Shown here in pieces: positions 8,636 through 15,833 of a stretch of DNA of 17,774 nt (positions within the stretch are counted from its first letter, which is position 1; the number at the start of each line of letters is the position of its first letter). The stretch is from Bdellovibrionales bacterium (GTDB lineage Bacteria; Bdellovibrionota; Bdellovibrionia; Bdellovibrionales; UBA840). The notes under the pieces are model-generated. The model worked only from the letters and a program-made list of their open reading frames with translations. It was not told the origin of the DNA and made no database searches. The position numbers and the translations under genes were made by a program. The stretch is from positions 1 through 17,774 of the forward strand of contig JBBKWS010000027.1 in NCBI GenBank assembly GCA_037969075.1. Direction: 5' to 3'.

Positions 8636-9798
8636 AAGAAACTGGTAATATATTAAAGAGTGCGCGATTACAGCAAAACATAACTTTGGAAGAAATCGCT
8701 CAGGCAACAAAGATTAAAGTGCAAACTCTTATCGCCTTAGAAGAGGGTGATTTAAGTAAACTCCCTAAAAAAGCTTTTATACGAGGCTTCGTTAGAACTT
8801 ATGCTGGCTATTTAAAATTAAACACAACAGATCTCCTAGACTCTTTTCATAAAGAAATGGGGTCTACTCAAAAACACTCTTTACTGCAAAGCAATGACTC
8901 ACTAAGCGGAGATCCCGCTGTGCAGTTTGCCAATTCTAAAAGAAACCCTTTTACACGAGGTTTATTTGTAGGGGCAATCGTTGCCATAGTAATTGTTATA
9001 TATATGACCTCACGCGTGATCCAAAAATATCAAGATGAAAAAATAATTTCTGGTGAAGTTATACAGGTCGATCCTATCGGGGCAGAGGATAACACGACAC
9101 CGATATCTATAGAGCCTGATAGCATTAGTACAACCGATGCTATAGAGCCAACTCCTACACCCACACCTACGGATGTTGTCACTGCAGTAGCTCCGGAAAT
9201 AGATTCTTCGGTAACACCAGCACCAATATCTACTGTTGCGCCAACACCGAAACCAACTGTTGCGCCAACACCGAAACCAACTGTTGCGCCAACTCCGAAA
9301 CCAACTGTTGCGCCAACTCCGAAACCAACTGTTGCGCCAACTCCGAAGCCAACTGTTGCGCCGACTCCGAAGCCAACTGTTGCGCCAACTCCGAAACCAA
9401 CTGTTGCGCCAACTCCGAAACCAACTATTGCGCCAACACCGAAACCAACTATTACGCCGACTCCGAAGCCAACTGTTGCGCCAACACCGAAACCAACTAT
9501 TGCGCCGACTCCGAAACCAACTATTGCGCCGACTCCGACAGCGGCCCCTGTCATTACTGGTAGGCCACAAGAAATTATTGTTGAGGCACTTGATAAGGTA
9601 GAGATTCAGTTTTCAACCGACGGTGAAAAGCTGATAAAAGTAAAGCTTGCGCCTGAGCAAATTTATACAATAAAAGCTCAAAATACCATTCAATTAAAAT
9701 CAAGTGATGGTGGTGCTATCAATCTAATTTATAATGGTAGAGACCAAGGTGTTCCTGGCACACTAGGTGAAAAAGTAGAGAGAAAGTTTCCGCGCTAG
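8632..9798 (+). CDS. rodZ: RodZ-family cytoskeletal membrane protein (HTH, TM, Pro/Thr repeat linker, DUF4115-like C-terminal domain)
   Basis: N-terminal GNILKSARLQQNITLEEIA...LEEGD...LP...FIRGFVRTYAGYLKL, one TM (GLFVGAIVAIVIVIY), and a C-terminal beta domain ending SDGGAINLIYNGRDQGVPGTLGEKV. Confidence 0.9.
   Translation: MKETGNILKSARLQQNITLEEIAQATKIKVQTLIALEEGDLSKLPKKAFIRGFVRTYAGYLKLNTTDLLDSFHKEMGSTQKHSLLQSNDSLSGDPAVQFANSKRNPFTRGLFVGAIVAIVIVIYMTSRVIQKYQDEKIISGEVIQVDPIGAEDNTTPISIEPDSISTTDAIEPTPTPTPTDVVTAVAPEIDSSVTPAPISTVAPTPKPTVAPTPKPTVAPTPKPTVAPTPKPTVAPTPKPTVAPTPKPTVAPTPKPTVAPTPKPTIAPTPKPTITPTPKPTVAPTPKPTIAPTPKPTIAPTPTAAPVITGRPQEIIVEALDKVEIQFSTDGEKLIKVKLAPEQIYTIKAQNTIQLKSSDGGAINLIYNGRDQGVPGTLGEKVERKFPR
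9232..9537 (+). repeat. 24-bp in-frame tandem repeat, 12 full copies plus 1 partial, encoding (T[VI][AT]PTPKP)n
   Basis: Consensus ACTGTTGCGCCAAC(A/T)CCGAA(A/G)CCA. Units 1, 2 and 11 are identical; units 3, 4, 7 and 8 are identical. There are no spacers. Confidence 0.98.
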
Positions 9799-9802
9799 AA
9801 AT

Positions 9803-11008
9803 ATGAAATGGCTCATTGGAATTTCTATTCTAGTGTTTTCTTATTTGGGTTATGGCCTTTATGTCAGTCAATTTGTAATTACCATTACTGATCCACTACT
9901 AGATGAACCCTTGGCCGAAAAATATTACGATTATAAAGGCATTACTCACGTACATTCAGATCGCGGCATAGGGAGCGGCAGCCTAGATAGAATTGTCAGT
10001 GATGCAAAACGCGCTAATCTTGATTACATTTTTATTACTGATGTTAATCCGTCATCTTCATATAAAACATTTGAAGGTTACATGGATAATCTTGTTGTCT
10101 TACAAGGTGGTCGTTACAGTTATCTAGAGTCACAGATACTTTATTACCCAAACGAGGACTACAAATTATTATTCTCCGGCCTAGGTCAAGCACAGACCTA
10201 TTTTACCGACATGATTTCACAAGAGACACCTCAAGACTTTATGGTGTTGGCCAACCCACTAAAGGGAGATAATTCATGGCTAAGACCAGGCATAAGCGGA
10301 CTTAGCGGCATTGAAATTGTTAATTTGCGCCGATTATGGAGAGAATCTTGGAAAAAAAGTAAATCTAACTTTCTGTTATCCCTTATGATCTATCCCTTTC
10401 ATTCAGACTTCGCGCTTATAAGATTATTCGTAAGACCCAATCAAGAATTAGAACTATGGGACCAATTAAATAAGACACAAAAAGCTGTCGGTATCCTAGG
10501 AAACGATATCTCAGCGAAGGCGCCACTACTTGGAGGATCAGCCTCGATTCGATTTCCTTCATATTTTTCCTCTTTTAAGTTTGCCTCAAACCACATTCTT
10601 ACTAAGTCAGAATTAACGGGAAACTTTAAAAAAGATAAAGAGAAAATTTTACGGGCCTTACAGGCCGGGCAATTCTACATGAGTTTTGACGTCCTTGGTG
10701 ACCCAAAGGGGTTTCTGGCAGAAATGCAAGATCGTAAGAATACCTACTTAATGGGTTCAAAGATAAAGTTATCAAATAACTTAGAGTTACATGTCAAACT
10801 GCCTAAAAGTGTAACCGGGAAGGTCTCTGTAGAGATTTATAAAGACGGAGAGGCATACTCTTCATCCAACGGACATGAGACCTCTGTTAAAATTCATCTA
10901 CCAGGAGTCTATAGAATCGTTGTGAAAACTAAATCAAACCTACCCTTTCCTGACCATAGAACTTGGATCGACTGGATTTATACAAACTCATTTTATGTCG
11001 TAGAATAA
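9803..11008 (+). CDS. exported or membrane-anchored PHP-fold (CehA/McbA-like) protein with degenerate metal ligands
   Basis: N-terminal hydrophobic segment; KGITHVHS, AKRANLDYIFITD, GIEIVN, LWDQL, GILGND, ILRALQAGQFY; C-terminal beta domain ending GVYRIVV...WIYTNSFYV. Starts 4 bp after rodZ. Confidence 0.7.
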   Translation: MKWLIGISILVFSYLGYGLYVSQFVITITDPLLDEPLAEKYYDYKGITHVHSDRGIGSGSLDRIVSDAKRANLDYIFITDVNPSSSYKTFEGYMDNLVVLQGGRYSYLESQILYYPNEDYKLLFSGLGQAQTYFTDMISQETPQDFMVLANPLKGDNSWLRPGISGLSGIEIVNLRRLWRESWKKSKSNFLLSLMIYPFHSDFALIRLFVRPNQELELWDQLNKTQKAVGILGNDISAKAPLLGGSASIRFPSYFSSFKFASNHILTKSELTGNFKKDKEKILRALQAGQFYMSFDVLGDPKGFLAEMQDRKNTYLMGSKIKLSNNLELHVKLPKSVTGKVSVEIYKDGEAYSSSNGHETSVKIHLPGVYRIVVKTKSNLPFPDHRTWIDWIYTNSFYVVE

Positions 11009-11068
11009 TACCCGAACGCAAGCCAATAAGACTTGCCTTTGATTTATTGAACCTGCTATGAAATTAGT

Positions 11069-11677
11069 ATGAGATTTATAGCTTTTGACTTTGAAACTAC
11101 TGGATTTTTACCCGGCATAGAACAAATAACCGAAATTGGTGCCGTTCTTTTTGTAGATGGAGTTGTCGACTCTAAGTTCTGTACTTTAGTAAATCCTGGT
11201 AAACCAATTCCACCAACAGTAGTCAGAATAACAGGTATTACTGACGAAATGGTAAAGCACGCACCAAAAATTGAAGACCTATTGGAGTCTTTAGCTGAAT
11301 TTTGTGGAGACGATATAATGATCGCCCATAACGCTCCCTTTGATGTGCAGTTTTTAACAGCCGATGTTAAGAAATATGAAAGCTCAGCTCCATCAGGAAT
11401 CGTTTTAGACACACATGCAATTTCGAAAAAAGTAATGCCGGGACTTGCCAATTATAAATTAGGAACTCTAGTGCAGCACTTTCAAATCCCCTCTGCAGAA
11501 TTTCATAGAGCTGAGGCCGATGCCATTTATTGTGGAAAAGTTTTCTTAAAGCTCATCGAAAAAATTTCTGTAAGTGGGCAAGCTCCTGCTATCGAAAACT
11601 TAATTTCACTTTCAAATAACCAAGCACTTCGCTTTCCACAAATAGAGCGACGACCTAAGCAATTAAATTTATTATAA
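11069..11677 (+). CDS. DEDDh 3'-5' exonuclease (DnaQ/Pol III epsilon-like)
   Basis: ExoI FDFETTG, EIGAV, ITGITDEMV, ExoII AHNAPFD, ExoIII HRAEADA; ends in QLNLL. Confidence 0.93.
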   Translation: MRFIAFDFETTGFLPGIEQITEIGAVLFVDGVVDSKFCTLVNPGKPIPPTVVRITGITDEMVKHAPKIEDLLESLAEFCGDDIMIAHNAPFDVQFLTADVKKYESSAPSGIVLDTHAISKKVMPGLANYKLGTLVQHFQIPSAEFHRAEADAIYCGKVFLKLIEKISVSGQAPAIENLISLSNNQALRFPQIERRPKQLNLL

Positions 11678-13285
11678 CAACTCAGATTTATGAGAGATTG
11701 GATACCTGCGCCCAACACCGAATGCACGGCTAGATATTTTTAATATCGGCGGAGCCTGTCTGCGCTTAAATTCACTTTTAAATATTTTATTTAAGGCCCA
11801 CTTTTCTTCATCAGTTCTCACTATACAATTGTGCACTATGATTTTTTCAACCAAAGGATCTAATTTTTCATACGCCGGCAAACTATCTTGATCCTTTTGA
11901 TTGGGGCGAAGTTCTGCTGATGGCGCGCGGTCTATAATTCTATTTGGTATTAAGGTTTCAGACTTATTATATAGCCTTGCCAGAGCAAATACCTCTGATT
12001 TTAATAAATCCCCTATAGGAGCTAAGCCGCCACACATATCACCGTATAAAGTTGAATACCCCATTGCAAACTCACTTTTATTTCCTGTTGTTAATAACAT
12101 TGATCCTGTTGAGTTCGAGTATGCCATTAAAAGTAATCCACGTATCCTAGATTGTAGGTTTTCATGGACTAACGCAAATTCATTAATATTATACTTAGTA
12201 TCTATTTCAGATTTTAAACTTTGAAATATATTTTCTATAGGAAAATTCTGAAAACCAACACCCAGATTAGTTGATAGCTCTTTTGCTAAGTCATAACTTT
12301 CATTAGCATTAAACTGTGTAGGCATAGCAATCGTATGAACATTACTGGGGCCCACTGCATCAGCAGCAAGGCAAGCGACTACGGCTGAATCTATTCCGCC
12401 GCTTATCCCAAGGTGAACTTTGGTAAATCCATTTTTCTTTACATAGTCTCTAATACCCAAAACCAATGCCTGCCTAATGTCTTCTAAAGCAACCTCTTTT
12501 TCTGTATGGCGCTTCCCACTTTCATTTTTAGAAAAATCCACCATATTAATGTCTTCTTGAAAAGCTAGGCTTTGGGTCAAAACCTTACCCTTACTGTCCA
12601 TCGCAAATGATTTTCCATCAAAAATCAATTCATCTTGTGCACCCACCTGATTTACATATATGACTGACGATTTAAAGTATGCAGCCGCCTCTTTCGCCAA
12701 CCTTAGCCTGTCTTTTATTTTTTCTTTTGTAAAAGGTGATGCGCTAATATTAACAACGATGTTTATTTTTTTAGATTTAACCTTTTTGTAAGGGTTTTCA
12801 TATTTAGTTGATGTTTTTTTATCAAAGATCCAAAGATCTTCACAAATAGTAATTAAAATTTTCTTACCTTTTACTGTAATTATATTCTTTTCGGGGCTTC
12901 CTGAGTTATAGTATCTGGCTTCATCAAAAACATCGTAGTTAGGTAACAATGTCTTATCTGCAAATCGAGGTTTTTTACCTTTTTCTAGTATGGCAGCAGA
13001 ATTACAATACTCACGGTTGCCTTTTAAAAAACGGACACAACCCACGACCAGGGTTACTCCCTTTGGAATTTTTTTATTAATTTCTGCTAATTTCTTTAAT
13101 TGATATTTAATAAGCGCAGATCTATCCAATAAATCCTGCGGCATATATCCTAATAGCGCTAGCTCCTGAAAAACAATCAGCTCCGCACGCTTGTCTATAG
13201 CTCTTTCCACATATGATAAGATCTGCTCAAAGTTATAGTCTATATTACCTAGCTCACTATTAAACTGAGCAAATGCTATTCTCAT
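11672..13285 (-). CDS. nadE: glutamine-dependent NAD+ synthetase
   Basis: Nitrilase-like domain with E-K-C triad (FQELAL, KTLLPNYDVFDEARY, ICEDLW). Synthetase domain with GISGGIDSA, ENLQSRIRG, TTGNKSE, GYSTLYGD, PSAELRPNQKDQDSLP. Confidence 0.97.
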   Translation of the reverse strand: MRIAFAQFNSELGNIDYNFEQILSYVERAIDKRAELIVFQELALLGYMPQDLLDRSALIKYQLKKLAEINKKIPKGVTLVVGCVRFLKGNREYCNSAAILEKGKKPRFADKTLLPNYDVFDEARYYNSGSPEKNIITVKGKKILITICEDLWIFDKKTSTKYENPYKKVKSKKINIVVNISASPFTKEKIKDRLRLAKEAAAYFKSSVIYVNQVGAQDELIFDGKSFAMDSKGKVLTQSLAFQEDINMVDFSKNESGKRHTEKEVALEDIRQALVLGIRDYVKKNGFTKVHLGISGGIDSAVVACLAADAVGPSNVHTIAMPTQFNANESYDLAKELSTNLGVGFQNFPIENIFQSLKSEIDTKYNINEFALVHENLQSRIRGLLLMAYSNSTGSMLLTTGNKSEFAMGYSTLYGDMCGGLAPIGDLLKSEVFALARLYNKSETLIPNRIIDRAPSAELRPNQKDQDSLPAYEKLDPLVEKIIVHNCIVRTDEEKWALNKIFKSEFKRRQAPPILKISSRAFGVGRRYPISHKSELL

Positions 13286-13305
13286 AGTATGGAATTACCG
13301 CAAAA

Positions 13306-13683
13306 CTATGAAAAAGGCAAAGCGCTTTGTTCGATAGTCATCCTGCTAGTAAAGCCTTCTAAGTAGCCGTGAGTGAAGAGTATGTCTTCCTCTGGATACT
13401 TCCAGCAATAATAGCTAGAACCGCTATCGAAATCGACGATCCACAGACCAGCTGGCTTACCACCGAGTTTCACAATTTTTTGCTTCCACTCACCGATCAA
13501 TGCATCAATTTCTGCTTCAAGCGCGCGTGTTTTATCACCGCCTGTAAATGCAATTTGTTCTAAATATTGCATCTTCAGATCTGTGGCTTGCTTATAGGTT
13601 TTTGTTATTTTAACAATCACCGGTAGCAACTCACGCACTTCATTCAAAGTGAATAATTTATTTGGACGTAATTCAATAAGCAT
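13306..13683 (-). CDS. DUF2203-family protein
   Basis: FTLNEVRELLP, a coiled-coil middle, and GLWIVDF...YCWKYPEEDI..THGYLEGFTSR fit my recollection of the DUF2203 pattern. Start set at ATG 13683 after a G-rich SD; the ORF-track GTG at 13695 is the alternative. Confidence 0.8.
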   Translation of the reverse strand: MLIELRPNKLFTLNEVRELLPVIVKITKTYKQATDLKMQYLEQIAFTGGDKTRALEAEIDALIGEWKQKIVKLGGKPAGLWIVDFDSGSSYYCWKYPEEDILFTHGYLEGFTSRMTIEQSALPFS

Positions 13684-13763
13684 ATTCCCCCCCACCTACC
13701 GAACATGCTTAGGTTACGAATAAATACTTTCAATTGCACCAATGCTTTTATATAGCTCCCTAA

Positions 13764-13791
13764 AGTGTAAAACTTCGTGAAACGGAGACAA
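13764..13791 (-). promoter_or_regulatory. candidate sigma70-type promoter for DUF2203-nadE
   Basis: Minus strand TTGTCT (13786-13791)-16 bp-TACACT (13764-13769) in the intergenic region. Confidence 0.45.
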
Positions 13792-13871
13792 AATGGGTCT
13801 AAATTGGAACGATCTGGCAAAAAGTACCTATAAAAATCACAAAGACATTTAAGATTTGCTCTATTTTTTTG

Positions 13872-14750
13872 CTATTTTTCCATGCTCTTAGAAATAGACA
13901 TGAACTGACCAACCAAAAATAAAATAACTGCTATAACTAATGCAGCAATCAAGAGATAGCGAATAAAGTTCGAGAAACTTACTTCTTCTGCCTCTACACT
14001 TTGAACTGTTCTGGTGGCCACATCCTGCTGAATGATTTTCTTTTTATTTTTTTGTGTTTGCTCAAGACTCTCGGAAGATAGTTTTTGCTCTTTCTCTAAT
14101 GCCTCTTCTTCTATTTTACTCGCTTCAAAGTAAGTAGTTCTTCCGTTATTATTAAGAACTTTTTCATTTTGAACTGGTGATCCATCTGAATTTCTACGAG
14201 TAACCTTTTTTGTTTTAGTACCTTTAGTTCCGCTCGACTCTTTAGCGTCATCTGTTTTTGTTCCACCAGCAGCAAAGCTTTGGGGTCGAAGATTTCCTCT
14301 AGAGTTATACCTGCCCGATGAATCTGAAAACCTGGATGGTCGACCAGAGGAATCTGAGTCGTTTCCTCCTGAAGCACTACCTGGTTCATCATTTTTTTCA
14401 GATTTATCTCTATCTGCTTTTCCACCGCGAGATCCATTTTTACCGAACTCTGCAGGGTTAGACGAAGCACCTACATAGGCAGGTACTCTGCCGCTAGCAA
14501 TATTGAAGGCTTGAAATTCTTGATCACAAGTGGAGGCGGAGTTTTCAGCACCCAAATTAGGAAGCTCGCCATTGTCTAATAGGCACTGTAAATATGCACC
14601 GAAATAATTTCTAGAGTAATTACGAAAGGCATCATTAAACTGAAATACGAGTCCTAACACAATCACGATCACTATGATTGCTACAAGAACGTATTCTACA
14701 GTGGCTTGTCCTGAAGAGTTTAATATGGTATTTTTTGGTCTGTACAACAT
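13872..14750 (-). CDS. Flp/TadE-like prepilin-motif protein with low-complexity middle and C-terminal TM helix
   Basis: Class III signal-like SSG|QATVEYVLVAIIVIVIVLGLVF (E+5, Y+6), Cys56/Cys75, a G/S/D/K/R-rich region, and C-terminal YLLIAALVIAVILFLVG. Confidence 0.75.
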   Translation of the reverse strand: MLYRPKNTILNSSGQATVEYVLVAIIVIVIVLGLVFQFNDAFRNYSRNYFGAYLQCLLDNGELPNLGAENSASTCDQEFQAFNIASGRVPAYVGASSNPAEFGKNGSRGGKADRDKSEKNDEPGSASGGNDSDSSGRPSRFSDSSGRYNSRGNLRPQSFAAGGTKTDDAKESSGTKGTKTKKVTRRNSDGSPVQNEKVLNNNGRTTYFEASKIEEEALEKEQKLSSESLEQTQKNKKKIIQQDVATRTVQSVEAEEVSFSNFIRYLLIAALVIAVILFLVGQFMSISKSMEK

Positions 14751-14777
14751 CTATATATATAGTATCCTAAATAGGTA

Positions 14778-15833
14778 ATGAAAATCATAGTCACGAAAAA
14801 TCATTTTATGCTTAAATGCCTGTTATTCACCTCCTTAGGTCTAGTTTTATGGAGCGTACCGTCTCGCTCTGAGACAAAAGTAAGTGTTGGATCTTTAGAA
14901 AAGCAGCTAGAAAGTAATCCCACTGACAAAAAAACAATGTCAGAATTAGGAAAAGCCCTGTATAGGTCAGGCGATAAAACACGAGCCCTCGAATATTTAA
15001 AAAAAGCAATTATTGAAAGCGATCCTAATTCTTATCTGCTAGTCGCTCAGATATATCGAGAACAAAAAAATTATTTAGACGAGATCAGAATACTTAATTT
15101 AATGTTGCCAAAACATCCGAACTATCCAAGGGGACATGTTTTACTTGGCGATGCATATGTAAATTTACAAAAACCCGATGACGCTATCGTAAAATACAGA
15201 GAAGCAATTGATATATCTCCTAAGTATGAGTCCGCATATTGGGGCCTCTTTAAAGTTTACGAATATAAAAAGAATAATTATGAATCTAGAATTATTCTTT
15301 TAGATTTGTTAAAAAATTTTGGAGAAAAGGCAAAGTACCTAAATCCCTTATGCAAACTTTATTCAATAGATAGTTTCTTTGAGGACTCTATTACCTTTTG
15401 CCAGAAAGCCATCGAGCTTAATCCTAAATATCCAGATAACCATATTTATCTTGCTCTAACCTATAAATATGCCCAAAACACACAGCAAGCCGAGAAAATC
15501 ATTAAATCCGCTGCTAGCAATTTTCCTAAATCAGAATTCGCGCAACAAACTGCTGGCGAAATTATGTCTGAAGGAAAAAATTGGGAAGTGGCCACTAAAT
15601 ATTTCTCTGCCTGCACAAGCCGCAGTAAAAAAAATGTAGCCTGCCAAAGCGGACTTGCTCTAGCTAGCTTTAATATTGGCAAATATGATGCGGCTAACAA
15701 GGCATTTCTAGCTGCCTGCCTACTTGATAGAAAAACTGTGACTGAATACAAGCGGCAAGCCGCAGTGCTTCGTATAAACAAAAAAACTGATTGGTTTAAA
15801 AAATTTACAGATAATATTACGAAGTGTTACTAA
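14778..15833 (+). CDS. probably secreted TPR-repeat protein
   Basis: Repeated TPR patterns (ELGKALYRSG, LLGDAYVNL...AIDISPKY, AIELNPKYPDNHIYLALTY). N-terminal signal-like segment MLKCLLFTSLGLVLWSV, so the true start may be ATG 14808. Confidence 0.85.
   Translation: MKIIVTKNHFMLKCLLFTSLGLVLWSVPSRSETKVSVGSLEKQLESNPTDKKTMSELGKALYRSGDKTRALEYLKKAIIESDPNSYLLVAQIYREQKNYLDEIRILNLMLPKHPNYPRGHVLLGDAYVNLQKPDDAIVKYREAIDISPKYESAYWGLFKVYEYKKNNYESRIILLDLLKNFGEKAKYLNPLCKLYSIDSFFEDSITFCQKAIELNPKYPDNHIYLALTYKYAQNTQQAEKIIKSAASNFPKSEFAQQTAGEIMSEGKNWEVATKYFSACTSRSKKNVACQSGLALASFNIGKYDAANKAFLAACLLDRKTVTEYKRQAAVLRINKKTDWFKKFTDNITKCY

Noticed and set aside
9232..9537. Possible CRISPR array
   Set aside because: Units are directly adjacent with no unique spacers, the period is a multiple of 3 inside a CDS, and there are no cas genes.
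9010..9601. Four alternative-frame ORFs over the rodZ repeat (WFRSWRNS, GFGVGATV, SELAQQLV and RNQLLRQL repeats)
   Set aside because: The 24-bp unit has no stop in these frames. Variation between units is mostly synonymous in the RodZ frame, and only that frame connects recognisable domains.
9803..11677. PHP plus DEDDh genes as a split PolC/DnaE proofreading module or a defence system
   Set aside because: The PHP-fold protein has an export/TM N-terminus and degenerate ligands, while the exonuclease is cytoplasmic and appears to have its own promoter. No polymerase domain or defence-associated genes are present.
13804..13819. TTGGAACGATCTGGCA as a sigma54 promoter
   Set aside because: GG-to-GC spacing is 9 nt rather than the required 10, and no plus-strand gene lies downstream.
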